Assembly: GCA_963799775.1 (NCBI GenBank)
Contig: CAWCYD010000003.1
Span: forward strand, 1,504,001-1,568,000
From: an uncultured archaeon
GTDB taxonomy: Archaea > Thermoproteota > Nitrososphaeria > Nitrososphaerales > Gagatemarchaeaceae
Direction of reading: 5' to 3'
DNA: 64,000 nt
The notes under the pieces are model-generated. The model worked only from the letters and a program-made list of their open reading frames with translations. It ran no database searches and had not been told where the DNA came from. Within the stretch, counting starts at the first letter, position 1. The number at the start of each line of letters is the position of its first letter. A program made the position numbers and the translations under genes. Positions 1 to 11,863 of this stretch are shown piece by piece.

Positions 1-971
1 AAGGCCCTTGAGACTAACACCAGGCCCCGAGACATATTGACGAGGGACGCGTTCGAGAACGCCATCGCCGTTGTCGCCGGGATGGGCGGCTCGACCAACG
101 CCGTGCTGCATCTCCTGGCGATCGCCTACGAGGCTCACGTGAAGCTATCCTATGACGACATAGAGAGGGTGGGCGCTAAGCGCCCACCGAGCTCGCCGAC
201 CTCCGGCCAGCAGGGAAGTACGTGATGTCGGACGTCGACCGAGTGGGAGGCGTGAAGCTGGTGATGAAGCAGCTCCTCGATGCGGGCCTGCTCCACGGGG
301 ACGCACGGACAGTGACGGGGGAGCCTCTCTCGGAGAGGCTGAAGGGCGTCACCCTGCCGACCGGCCAAGACGTCATCCACCCGATCTCCAACCCCGTGAG
401 AAAGTCGGGCGGGTTCGCGATACTCAGGGGGAACCTGGCGACCGAGGGCGGCGTCCTGAAGACCGCCGGGTCGACGAGGAACTCGCACCGCGGGCCTGCG
501 CGAGTCTTCGAGAAGGAAGAGGACGCGAGGCAAGCGATCATCGAGAAGAAGATCAACCCGGGCGACACCGTCGTCGTCCGCTACGAAGGACCCAAGGGCG
601 GGCCAGGGATGCGCGAGATGCTCGTAGTCACCGCGGCGCTCGTGGGCCAGGGCCTGAAGGACTCGGTCGCGCTCTTGACGGACGGGAGGTTCTCGGGAGC
701 CACCCATGGGTTCATGATTGGGCACATCGCCCCAGAGGCAGCGGTGGGAGGGACGATAGGGCTCCTCAAGAACGGAGACATCATCTCGATAGACGTCGAG
801 AAGAGGTCGCTCAACGTGGAGCTCTCGGACCAGGAACTCGAGAAGAGAAGAAAGGCCTGGAGGCCGCCTCCCCCGAAGTATACCCACGGCGTGTTCGCAA
901 AGTATGCGCAGCTCGTCACGTCGTCTTCGAAGGGCGCAGTCTGCCTGGTCGACGCGGAAAAGACCACCTAG
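1..971 (+). CDS. ilvD: Dihydroxy-acid dehydratase, 3' part (frameshift near 180-220)
   Basis: [52 protein letters not shown] motifs across ORFs 37-225 and 222-971. Confidence 0.95.
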
Positions 972-1095
972 TCTGGTTCTGTCAAGTCTACATTTCGTCA
1001 AACGCACCCATCGAGAGTCCGCGCGAAAACCTCAGGAGACAGAACGGGCTAAAAGCAACCCCAAATCCCTCGGAACAAGGCGGTCTTAGGAAGAC

Positions 1096-4012
1096 ATGAC
1101 GAGCACCCCAGAGGCGAGTATCGCTGGCAGCGAGAGCCAGGACAACGTCTTCCAGCGGCTCTTCTCGCCTCCGCTTCTAAAGGCACTCGAGGAGAGAGGC
1201 TTTACCTCCCCGACGGACCCTCAGCGGAAGCTTGTCCCGCTCGTGGCAGAGGGACGAAATGCGCTCCTCATGGCGCCGACGGGGACGGGCAAGACGGAGG
1301 CGGCGTTCCTCCCGATCCTTGACAACATGATCAGGAACGGCCTCGCGAGGACCCCGGGATCAAGCTGCTCTACATCACCCCGCTAAGGGCGCTCAACAGG
1401 GACATGCTCGAGAGGATGCAGTGGTGGGCGAAGAGGTTCGACATCAGGCTGGGCGTCAGGCACGGGGACACGGGCGCCCAGGAGAGGGCGGGCCAGAGCA
1501 TGGTGCCCCCGGACATACTCATCACGACTCCGGAGACGCTGCAGGCCCTGCTCACGGGGAGAAGGATCCGGGAGGGGCTCCAGAAGCTCAGGTGGGTTGT
1601 CGTGGACGAGATTCACGAGCTGGCGGAGGACAAGAGGGGGAGCCAGCTCTCGATAGCGCTCGAGAGGCTCAGGCGGGCCGTGGGGAGGGACTTCCAGCTC
1701 ATCGGGCTCTCAGCGACCATCGGCTCGCCGGAGACCATCGGCAAGTTCCTCGTCGGCGAGGGAAGGGATTGCGAGATAGCGAGGGTCCCGGTGGAGAAGT
1801 CGCTCCAGCTCTCGGTTGTCAGGCCTCAGCCCACTCCCGAGGACCAGGCTCTCGCCGAGAGCATCTTCACCTTCCCGGAGGTCGCAGCGAGGCTCAGGAC
1901 CATCCGGGACACCGTCGAGCAGTTCAGGTCGGTGCTGATATTCACCAACACGAGGTCCGAGGCGGAGGCGCTCGCGAACAGGTTCAGGGTCTGGAACGAG
2001 AAGCTCCCGATAGGCATCCACCACAGCTCTCTCTCGAGGGCCACCCGGGAGGCCACCGAGAGGAACCTCAGGGAGGGTAAGCTCTCCGGCGTCATTTGCA
2101 CGAGCAGCCTCGAGCTGGGGATTGACATCGGCTTCCTCGACTGCGTGATCCAATACAACTCGCCCCGCCAGGTCTCGAGGCTCATCCAGAGGATAGGGAG
2201 GGCGGGCCACTCGATCGGCCAGATATCGAGGGGAGTGATAATCACCCAGGACTCGGACGACACTCTGGAGGCGATGGTCCTCTGCAGAAAGTCGATGCGG
2301 GGAGAGCTCGAGCCTCTCCACCCGTTCCTCAACGCGAGCGACGCGGCGATCCACCAGATCGCTGGCCTCCTCATCGAGTCGAGCTCGTGGCGACTCGACG
2401 ACATCTACGCGCTGTTGAGGAGGACGTATCCCTACTCGACGCTGACTCTTGACACCCTGAAGCAGTATCTCACCTACATGAGGGACAGGTATCCGCGGCT
2501 GCTCTTCTTCGCCGAGACCGAGGGGATCGTCAAGAGGGCGAGGGACTTCAAACCACTCTTCGAGTTCTACTTCGAGAACCTCTCGATGATCCCCGACGAG
2601 AAGCAATACGTCGTCATCGCCGAGGGCGACAGGCCCATCGGGTCATCGACGAGGCCTTCGTCTCCGAGTACGGGCAGGTGGGCGTGAAGTTCGTCGAGGC
2701 AGGGAGGTGCTGGAAGATACGCGAGATCTACGGGAACAAGGTCTACGTCACGCCCGAGGAGGACCCCACAGGCGCGGTCCCCAGCTGGGTCGGGGACGAG
2801 ATACCGGTCCCGCTCCCTGTCGCGCTTGAGGTCGGCTCGATTAGGAGGGAGTACGCCGAGGCGCTGGGAAAGGAGGGAAGGGGAGAGAAGGCGGTCATCG
2901 CGGCGCTTCGCGAGCGCTACCCCGTCGACGATGCCGCGATAACCCAGTCTCTGAGCGAGGTGAAGGAGCAGGTCTCGCTCGGGCTCCCGGTCCCATCCGA
3001 CAAGCTCGTGACGATAGAAAAGTGGGACCAGTACATCGTGATCCAGGCGACATTCGGGCACAGGGTCAACCGGCTCCTAGCGAGGGTCGTCGCGCACATC
3101 CTCTCAGAGAGGATGGGGCAGTCGGTCGCGGTCCACCAGGGCCCATACAGGATCATACTCGAGGTCGAGTCCTCGCCGCGGGCCGTGGAGGCGGTCATCC
3201 GCGAACTCGAGGGGAAGGACATCAAGGAGCTCGCGAGGGCGGCGGTGGAGCGCTCTGGGATATTCAAGAGGCGGCTCATCCACGTTGCGAAGAAGTGCGG
3301 CGCGATAACAAAGGAGGCGGACTTTGCGAGCGTCTCCATCTCTGGGCTGATGGAGGCCCTCAGGGGGACTCCCGTCTACCAGGAGGCGCTGAGCGTCATC
3401 TTCCATGACGACTTTGACTCGGCCGCGGCAGAGTCCATAGTCTCGCAGATAGCGCGGAAGGAGATCGAGATGGTGGTCCTCGAGACGGAGGGTGCGCCAT
3501 CCCCGACCGCGAGGATAGGGTTGGAAGAGGTGAGCAGGAGGGGCGAGATCGTCTCCCCCGAGAGGCTGCGTGCGATAATCCGCCAGTCTACGGAGGCGAG
3601 GATCAGGGAGAGCTTCCTCGTCGCCGCGTGCGCCAACTGCTGGGAGTATGTGGAGCTCAGGAAGGTGGGAGACGGGCCGCCGGAGAGGTGTCCTCACTGC
3701 GGGAGGAAGGACACGATTGGGTTCACCACCGAGTCATACGAGAACGTCTTCGCCGCGACCCTCAAGGCGAGGAGCAGGCTTGAGCTCCACGGCAAGGCCC
3801 AGAAGGTGCTCGAGATACTGAAGAGGACAGCGCAGTTGAGGAACGAGTTCGGGGACGACACCCTCTACCTGATGGCCGGGAGGGGCATCAGGCTCTCGGA
3901 GCTTCCGGCCCTGCTCAAGAAGAGGAAGGAGTCGGGCCAGGACCTCATCGACTGCGTGATAGAGGGAGAAAGAGAGGCCCTGAAGCGCAGGTATTTCGTG
4001 ACCGAGTCCTAG
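1096..4012 (+). CDS. lhr: Lhr-like SF2 DEAD/H helicase with C-terminal Zn ribbon (two frameshifts)
   Basis: APTGTGKTEAA, ITTPETL, VVVDEIHE, GLSATIG, TSSLELGIDIG, QRIGRAGH; PSWVGDEIPV; CANC..CPHC; three consecutive ORFs. Confidence 0.92.
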
Positions 4013-4018
4013 TCGCTT

Positions 4019-4618
4019 CTACTTCTTCGTCGTCTGGGTCACCTGCGCGAGTATCAGGGTCATCAGCGACCTCTCGTCGATCTCGGCCCGGGTCCATCCA
4101 GCCTATCCGGATGAGGCTCTTGTCGTCCTGGTCGAGGTAGCCGCGTTTGATGTATCTCTCCACCGAGTAGTCTATCCTCCATCTCGGGAACTTTGTCTTG
4201 AGAAAGGTCTCGAGCTCCTTGCGGGAGATGCGACCCTGCTTCGAGTTGACCAAGGCGATGCTCGCTGCGAGGACCGCGAGGTCGTCAATCCTGAAGCCCG
4301 CCGTCTCGGCCTCGGTGAGCGTCGGCGGGTCCCTGAAGCGCAGGAGGAAACGTGTGGAGTCGTCTGTCCCCTCCGGGCCTAGGACCTGGTGGACCTCCAG
4401 CCCGAGCGGCTTCAGGTCGTCCGAGAGGAGCAGTCGAGTATCATCTTGTAGTCCTTCCCGAGATATCTCCGCATCTCCCATCCCTTGATGCCCGGGTTCC
4501 TCCCGCGCTGGAGGATGAGAACCTGGAAGGCCCGGCGCGTCTTGCGGTCGAGTGAGGCCCTCTCGGCGGCGGCCTCGGGCGCCGGGGCCGGGTTCAGCGG
4601 ATTGGGGCTCTCGCTCAT
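4019..4618 (-). CDS. Tandem winged-helix KITE-like (ScpB/Nse1/Nse3-like) protein, frameshifted
   Basis: Joined ORFs 4412-4618 and 3945-4481 plus tail give ~200 aa ending YIKRGYL..IRIGW/TRAEIDE; third gene of the SMC-like operon. Confidence 0.6.
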
Positions 4619-5388
4619 CTTACGACTATCGCCACCGATTTCGTCTCGTCGTCAGGCTTGCCGTCTATCGTCGAGAGGAAGATCTGCTCTGTCAGAGGGT
4701 CGATGCGCAGGGTCGCCTTCCCTTCTGTGATCACAAAGGCGATGAGGTAGCCGCGCAGGGCCGTCTCCTCGGGGTCGCTGCCCTTGATGAAGTCCCGGTA
4801 GTCGATCTCCTTCCCGTTGCTGCGCTGGACGAGCTCGTCGTTTATCGCCTTGAGCCTCCCCTCGAACTCCTCCCTGGTGAAGATGCTCAGCGACTCTAGC
4901 TCCTCAAGCCCGATGCTCCCCGTCTCCTGCCCGAAGTTCCCGAACTGGTCCTTGAACCTCTCGCTGAATGGCACGAGCTCGCGCCAGTAGACGAAGGCCT
5001 TCTCCAGCCCGCGAGCTGTGAGCTGGTCGAGCTGGGCGATGGGGTGCCAGCACTTTGCGAAGCTCTCTGCGAGCTCCTCTTTGGATATCAGCTGGATCTT
5101 GAGCTCGAGGAGGAGCGGGTCGATGTAGAGCGCGGATGCCCTGTGCTTGAGCCACTGGTCCTGGAGCTTGACTATGGCGACCAGCTGCGACATCGCCTCC
5201 GAATCCTTGAGCATGACGTCTATCGCGTTCCAATCAGGGAAGTGCTGCTTGAGGACGAGGAGCTTCTCCCTGATGTCTATCTCGAAGGGATTCACTGAAC
5301 TTGACTGGACATTGCGGCATAATTCGATGAGCCTGAGGATGTCCTCGAGCTTCTTGTCCTTGTCCTTATCGCCCGACTGTGTTGGAAT
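4615..5388 (-). CDS. Kleisin (ScpA/Nse4)-like protein, probable ATT start
   Basis: LIELC..VNPFEIDI resembles ScpA LDPWDIDI; C-terminal YRDFI..GYLIAFVITEGKATL resembles the ScpA winged helix; overlaps the SMC stop. Confidence 0.62.
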   Translation of the reverse strand: MPTQSGDKDKDKKLEDILRLIELCRNVQSSSVNPFEIDIREKLLVLKQHFPDWNAIDVMLKDSEAMSQLVAIVKLQDQWLKHRASALYIDPLLLELKIQLISKEELAESFAKCWHPIAQLDQLTARGLEKAFVYWRELVPFSERFKDQFGNFGQETGSIGLEELESLSIFTREEFEGRLKAINDELVQRSNGKEIDYRDFIKGSDPEETALRGYLIAFVITEGKATLRIDPLTEQIFLSTIDGKPDDETKSVAIVVR

Positions 5389-7404
5389 ATTCCTTCACCT
5401 GAGATGAGCCGTGAACCGACTGGACAGTGACCACGTGTGCGGTCCTGTCCGCGACCGTTATTATCGACGGCGTGATCACGATGTGCTGCGAGTTCGGGTT
5501 CTTCTTCCCCTGCGCGAGTATCATCTTGAAGATCGCCTCCCGGTTCCTCGGGTCCATGTGGATGTCGAACTCGTCCATCGCGCGCAGCGGCGAGATTATC
5601 CTGCTCTGGAGCGAGAGCATGAACGCCACGAGCGCGACCGACCTCTCGCCCCCGCTCTGCGTGTAGGGGTCGAGTATCGAGGGTTCGGCGCCCTTGAAGC
5701 CCACGAGCAGTTGTAGGCCCGCCTCGGCCACCGTGCCTCCCTCGTCGAGCCTTATCGCCCCTGTCGCCCCCACCGTCGAGAGAACCTGCCTGTAGATGGG
5801 GGCCACCTCGTCGATGAGGTTCTGGATGGCGTTCTTCCAGGCCTTCTTCCTCTCCTCAAGCTCCTTGAGCATCAGCTTCTTGTTCTCCTGGAGCTCCTGT
5901 AGCTTGCCCTTGAGGCCCTCAAGGTTGCCGGTGTAGTCCCTGTAGATCTTCTCCGCGTCGTCGGGCAGGTCCTGCAGCTTCTGCAGCTGGGCCGAGACCA
6001 TCTTCAGCTCCTCGGAGACCTCGTACGGCGCCCTCTGGGTCTGGATCCTCTCTCCGGCCTTCTCGAGGTCTGGCTTCATCGCCTCCAGCTCTCCCTTGAC
6101 CTCCCTCTCCGACCTCTCGAGCTCCTTGATCTCCGACTCTGTGACCTTGATCCTGTAATCGATGGACCATCGAACCTCACGCGCTGCGTGACGTAGTCCT
6201 CGGTGACCTTCCTGATCGCGTCGTCGACGCTACCGACCTCTGCCTGGAGCGATGCGACCTCCCTATCTAGCTCCGTCTTCTTCCGGCCAGCCTCTTCCGC
6301 TTCCCCGCCTGACCTCTTGGAGGCGAACTCGATGAACTCCTTCATCTTCTTCGATTTCTTTGAATCGATCCCGGCGCCAGCGCCGCTCAGAAGGTCCTCC
6401 AGCTCCTTGCTTAGGGTCTCGAGCTCCTCTCGTAGCTCCTTCATCGAGTCCCTCGCTGCCTCGCGTCCGGCCCGCTCCCTCTCCGCCCTGATTAGCGCCC
6501 CGTAGAGCTTCCTCTCCTCCACTTGCCTCTCGCCCAGGGACGTGCGGTGCTCCTCTGCTTCCTTGCCCGACTTGGCCTGCTGCTCCCTGAGGTCCGTGAG
6601 CGACTCTCGCTTGGTCTCGAGCTTCTCCCTGACAGACGCGAGGGAGCGTGATAATCTTCCCTCCTGAGCCCAGAGAAGCTCCCGCTCCAGCAGAACCCGG
6701 TGCTCTCCGAGCCTCTTCTTCTCCAGATACCTGTCGTAGATCTGCTTCCAGTATTCGATTGTCTGGTTGGCGTTGTCGATGAGCTGGACGAGCGACCCCT
6801 CCTCGCTCACCATGCTGTTCAAGTCGGCCTCTGCCGCGAGTATCCGCTCCCTGTATTCGCGGAACCCGACCGCCTCCTCGACCATGACGAGCCGCTGCTC
6901 CTGGGATATCGCGCCGAGCGCCTCTATCATGCCCTGGTGCATGATAATCAGGAGGTTGTCGGGGTTTATCCCGAATTCGCGGAGCAGGCGGACGACCTCG
7001 CTCTTGTCTATCTCCTTGTAATCGGCCTCATACCAGTAGGAGCCGTCCTTGCGGAGGTAGCGGGAGAGCATGAAGGTGTCTGCCTTTGAGTAGGGGATGG
7101 GCCTCTTGCCTTCCCTGACCTTGTTGTCGAAGATGAGCGATACCCTTGCGATGTCCTTCCCTCTCCTGATCAGGTCGCTGAGCTTCCTTGAGCGCTCGGT
7201 GTAGGCCTGCCCGAAGGCGACGGATATCGCCAGGAGGATGGAGGACTTGCCTGCCCCGTTAGGCCCCACGATGAGGTTAAGGCCCTGGTTCAGGGGGATC
7301 CTTGCATACTCGTAGCTCATGAAGTTCTCAAGGATTATCTCCTTGATGGGCGGAGAAAACGCCCTCTCTTGCTCTGTTGACAACTCCTCAAATGGCCTGG
7401 ACAA
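5366..7404 (-). CDS. Short (~680 aa) SMC5/6-like ATPase, one frameshift near 6170
   Basis: LENFMSY, Walker A GPNGAGKSS, coiled coil, signature QSGGERS, Walker B/D-loop AMDEFDIHMD. Confidence 0.88.
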
Positions 7405-7510
7405 AGAGCCAAAATGGTTCGGACCGCGATGGTATTTTAGGCCTTGGGTCGAGGTGGCGTGAAAGTAATCCAAGGAATTCATTTGCGACGGAATTTCATG
7501 CGAATTCCTT

Positions 7511-8231
7511 TTGAATCACCCCCGGAGGCCCGTCCGCGTCTTGGTCCTTGCCGCTAAGGTCTTCTCCGTAGCAGAGGAGCGGAACCTGCCTCTCATAGCC
7601 TCGAAGCTCAAGGACTTCAAGCTGGAGCAGGAGGTCAGGGTCGAGGGCGACAGCTTCACCCTCCTGTCTGAGATAACGGACCTCGACATCTCGAAGGAGT
7701 ATCTGGAAGGGACCTTCGCGTTCGACACCGTCTTCCAGGTCAAGCAGCACGGGAAGATGGTCGCAATCGTGAGGGAACTACGAGGCCCCGTTCTCTTTCG
7801 ACCTCTACGGAAAGAACCTCTTCCTCAGCGTCTTCGACAAGAAGAGCCGCGCGAACAACATCGCCAACGAGATGAGCAAGGCCCTGTTCATGAGCCTCGG
7901 TCAGATAGTCGAAGGGAGGATTCTGCCGGAGACCCTGAAGCGGTTCCACGAGGAGAACTTCGAGGAGACCAAGATACTGTTCTTCGACGACATCGACCTC
8001 CCCAACATCTCGAAGCTCTCGCTCTATGGGGAGGGCCTGGGGTCTACGGGCCTCTACAACGACTACCTCACGCACGGCAAGATCTGGTACGCGGTCGTCA
8101 AGTCGGCGAAGTATGGCTACGTCGTGGGAGTCACGAGGAATTGCGTGGTCACCGTCTTCAGCAGGACCGACCTACCCGACTTCAAGCGCTACATGAAGAA
8201 CGAGATCCTTCCGCTCATCTCAGAAAAGTGA
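7511..8231 (+). CDS. Conserved hypothetical protein, frameshift near 7775
   Basis: Joined frames read ..KKSRANNIANEMS..FFDDIDLPNISKLSLYG..GKIWY..VGVTRNCVVTVFS; divergent from the SMC gene; resembles a TACK family from memory. Confidence 0.7.
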
Positions 8232-8285
8232 AAGGCCCGCCTCCACCCTCGCTCCATCTGGACCGTAATCCCGACTCAGTGGGCA

Positions 8286-8651
8286 ATGCTTTGCGAGATT
8301 GTCAGACTTTTTAAGCAAGAGACAATCCGTTTTTTTATGGTCCAGGGGCCTCTCGCTGCTTACTCCTTGGCGCTTGTAGGAATCTCCTTCGCGACCTGGT
8401 TCTTCGCCTTTGAGACGAGAAAGACGTTCCGAGGGGGCATCTTCTGGGACGCGTGGCGCTTCATCGCAACGTCCTTGCTCTTCTTCGCAGCGGAGGAGGT
8501 GACGGATTTCTACCAGGCGGTCTATGGGGCCTCCGACATGGCAGCGGCGATTGACGAGAGCTTCGTCGCCCTGGGCTCGATCATGCTCTTGGTGGGCTTC
8601 TACCTATTCTACATGGCATGGAACCCAAAGAAGCCTGCAGCGAGTGGTTGA
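8286..8651 (+). CDS. Small multi-TM membrane protein
   Basis: Three to four hydrophobic segments in 121 aa. Confidence 0.6.
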   Translation: MLCEIVRLFKQETIRFFMVQGPLAAYSLALVGISFATWFFAFETRKTFRGGIFWDAWRFIATSLLFFAAEEVTDFYQAVYGASDMAAAIDESFVALGSIMLLVGFYLFYMAWNPKKPAASG

Positions 8652-8990
8652 GAGAACTGGCACAACCGGACCAGCAGGCCTTCAGCGTGATGGTAAGGGA
8701 CCTCCTTGAGCGACATATTGGGGGACTCGGGAGCAATGGCAATCCTCTTCTACCTCGGCGAATTCGATCCTAGCACCTTCGAGGCGAAGCTGACGTCGAT
8801 ATTGGGCCCAGGAGCTAGAATCATAATCGACGACCTCAACAAGCGCACCGGGTCCACTTCCGTCGCCCAGAAGCACCATTGGTTGGGCGGGCACGCGATG
8901 AGCGTCCTGCAATACCAGATGAGCTGGTGGTCTTGGGTACGGCTCCCTTCGATCAGGCTCTCGTGGGCCTGGCTGTGCCGCGAACGCTAG
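8648..8990 (+). CDS. DUF3227/NitrOD5-like small protein (frameshift near 8705)
   Basis: LSDILGDSGAMAILFYL..F..KLTSILGPGARII pattern. Confidence 0.45.
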
Positions 8991-9026
8991 AAGGATTAAA
9001 GTCCGAGGGGTCGTCCGGTTCCCCTC

Positions 9027-9783
9027 TTGCTCAAGGTCGTCCCTGACGAGTCGGCCCTCATCCACAAGGAGGGAGACTACTCCACGCTCCTGGTCTCAGA
9101 CCTGCACCTCGGGCTGGAGAAGGAGATGGCCAAGAAGGGCTTCAGGATCCCTCCCTACTCCCAGAAGATGCTGGACAGGATGAACCTGATGGCCGAGAAG
9201 AACAGGCTCAACAGGATCATCGTCGTCGGTGACGTCAAGCACTCGATAGGAAAGGTCGAGGACATCGACTGGGGCATAGTCCCCTGGTTCTTTGGGGCCC
9301 TCCTCGACGTCTTCACCGCGGTGGAGGTCGTGCCCGGGAACCACGACGCCCTGATCAAGACGCTCCTGCCCAGTCGCGTGAAGCTCCACCCATCTGAAGG
9401 GACGGTGATAGGGACACCGCAACAAGGTCGGCATCGCCCACGGGCACTCCTGGCCCTCCAAGGAGGTCATCGCGGCAAAGACGCTGGTGATGGGCCACTC
9501 GCACTTTCGCTACGAGATGAGGGACAGGTTCGGGGCCAGGAGCAAGGAGGCGGTCTGGCTCTTCGCCGAGTACGACGTCGCGAACCTTCTGAAGAAGGCC
9601 GGATATCCGCCGGGGAAGAGCCGGAGCGGGCAGCTCATCGTGATGCCCCCGTTCAACAACCTCGTCGGCGGGCAGGCGATAAACGCCAAGGGAGGGTTCG
9701 ACTTCGGCCGAATCCTCTCCTCGGGGTCCATCAAGGTGGCTGACGCCGACATCTTCCTGCTCGACGGGACGCGCGTGGGATAG
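9027..9783 (+). CDS. ICC-like metallophosphoesterase (MPE, COG1407-type), frameshifted
   Basis: SDLHLG, VGDVKH, PGNHD, AHGH, MGHSH, MPPFN motifs. Confidence 0.88.
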
Positions 9784-9788
9784 GCGGC

Positions 9789-10187
9789 CTAGCTTCCGAC
9801 TGCCTTTCTTATCCGCTGCTCGAGAGCGGCTTCTTGCATGGTCCCGATGACGGCGTCGACGGGCCTCCCGTTCCTGAACATCATGAAGGTCGGGATCGAC
9901 TGGACCTCGTATCTCGAGGAGATCCCGGAGTGCTCGTCCACGTTCAGCTTCCCAAAGTTCACGCTCCCGTCGAACTTCTTCGCGAGGCGCTCCACGACGG
10001 GCTCCATCGTCTTGCACGGGCCGCACCAGACCGCCCAAAAGTCGACGAAGGTGAGCTTCGAGCCGTTCACCATCTTGTCGAAGTTCGCCTCGTTCAGCTC
10101 CACGACGTGGTCGGCATGCGCGTGCTCTGCGAGCAGCTTCTTTGATTTGTCCGCCAAAATTTTATCGAGTTCAGAATCAGACATCAA
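9789..10187 (-). CDS. trxA: Thioredoxin
   Basis: VDFWAVWCGPCK and SIPT. Confidence 0.95.
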   Translation of the reverse strand: MMSDSELDKILADKSKKLLAEHAHADHVVELNEANFDKMVNGSKLTFVDFWAVWCGPCKTMEPVVERLAKKFDGSVNFGKLNVDEHSGISSRYEVQSIPTFMMFRNGRPVDAVIGTMQEAALEQRIRKAVGS

Positions 10188-10238
10188 ACCGTCGGCGATG
10201 CAAAAGTCTATTTTAAGATTCATGGAGATTGGTTCCAT

Positions 10239-10811
10239 TTGAGCAGGCGTGAAAGCGGTTTTCTTGAGAATTTGCGTCATCGTCTGTCTAGCATAGCACC
10301 CGCAAGGCCCGTCCCCGGCCAGAGCGCGAGCGTCGCGGTGATATTCCGTGGCTCGGGACGCGATGAAGAGATCCTCCTCATCACGAGGGCGGAGAGAGAG
10401 GACGACCCCTGGTCCGGACAGGTCGCGCTTCCTGGAGGGATGGTGGGCGAAGGCGACGAGAGCTTCGAGGAGACTGCGAGGAGAGAGGCGAAGGAGGAGG
10501 TGGGGGTAGACCTCATGAAAGACGACTTTCTGGGTTACATGCGCCGTTTCAATGCCAGGACTAGAGACCTCACGGTCGTCCCTTCTGTCTTTAAGCCAAA
10601 GTCGACATCAAACGTGACCCTTAACCAGGAGGCGGCGCTCTATGAGTGGGTGAGACTAGCGGAACTGGCAAAGAGAAAGGCGCGCTCGACCTATCTCTTT
10701 CACACGGGGAACGCCGAGATACCCTTCCCCTCGTTCGTCTACCGCAAGCTGGTGATCTGGGGACTGACGGAGAGGATAATCTCGTCCGTCCTCGGAATCG
10801 ACGAGGAATGA
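10239..10811 (+). CDS. Nudix hydrolase, CoA pyrophosphatase-like
   Basis: WSGQVALPGG..ETARREAKEEVG and IWGLT. Confidence 0.9.
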   Translation: MSRRESGFLENLRHRLSSIAPARPVPGQSASVAVIFRGSGRDEEILLITRAEREDDPWSGQVALPGGMVGEGDESFEETARREAKEEVGVDLMKDDFLGYMRRFNARTRDLTVVPSVFKPKSTSNVTLNQEAALYEWVRLAELAKRKARSTYLFHTGNAEIPFPSFVYRKLVIWGLTERIISSVLGIDEE

Positions 10812-10814
10812 ATT

Positions 10815-11760
10815 CTATATCCCGAGTGCTAACCGCAAGCCCTTGTAGCGGTTCCTGATCGTGACCTCGGTGACGCCCGCCGCGTCGGCGATGTCCCTCT
10901 GGGTCATGTTCTCGCCCTCGAGAATGCACGCAACGTAGAGCGCCGAGGCAGAGATTCCCATCGGGTCCTTGCCTGCCGAGATGCGGGCCTGCTCTGCTCG
11001 CAGGAGGATCTCTCGCGCCCTCTTCTGGGTCTTGCCGCTCACGTTCGCCCTTGAAGCGATCTTGGACATGCACTTCATCGGGTCGACGACGGGCATTTGG
11101 ATGTCCATCTCCTTGAGTAGGAGCCTGTATGGACCTTGCGAGGTCCTTCTTCTTGATCACGCTGACTGCCGCGACGTCCTTGAGCGTCCTTGGGACTTCC
11201 CTGTCCCTGCACGCCGCGTAGAGCGACGCAGCGAGGATCGCGGTGATGGACCTGCCTCTGACGAGGTTCCTGTCCAACGCCTTTCTGTAGATGTATGCGG
11301 CCCTCTCTGTTACAGCCTCGGAGACGGAGAGCTTCTCAGAGAGCCTTCGGAGCTCGCTGAAGGCCTGCTTGAGGTTCCTGTCCTGGGACTCGTGGACCTG
11401 GCTCCTCCTGTCCCACGTCCTCATCCTCTCGACGCTCGACTTCATGGCGCCGCTCAGGGGCATGCCGGAGGCGTCCTTGTTCTCGCCGCCGATTATCGTG
11501 GCGAGGCCCATGTCGTGAATCGCGACCGAGGTCGGCAGGCCGCTCCTGCTCCTCTCGTCCTTCTCGTCGCCCGAGAATGTCCTCCACTCTGGTCCCGTCT
11601 CTACGATGTTCTCGTGGGTGACGAAACCGCAGCTAGAGCAGTAGACCTCCCCGCGGGGGCCGTCCGAAACCATCGAGGTCTTGCCGCATCGGGGGCAACG
11701 GTCAGTCGCTCCCTCGAACTTTCTCTGTCTTCCAGGGTCTCTCGCATAGGCGCTTGATAT
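10815..11760 (-). CDS. tfb: Transcription initiation factor IIB (frameshift near 11130; probable ATA start)
   Basis: CPRC..CSSCG Zn ribbon, GPEWRTF, LVRGRSI, GKDPMG, GVTEVTIRNRYK. Confidence 0.95.
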
Positions 11761-11863
11761 AACAAATCACGTATCTAGGATTAATGATGTCCTGAAAATG
11801 AAACCTGTAACGGTCCTATTTAAGGAATTGAGAGGACGATTACATCTCCACCTGGTTGCATTT

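Noticed and set aside
4019-7404. Wadjet (JetABCD) or canonical Smc-ScpAB call
   Set aside because: No adjacent JetD Toprim nuclease; the ATPase is too short and has Smc6-type motifs
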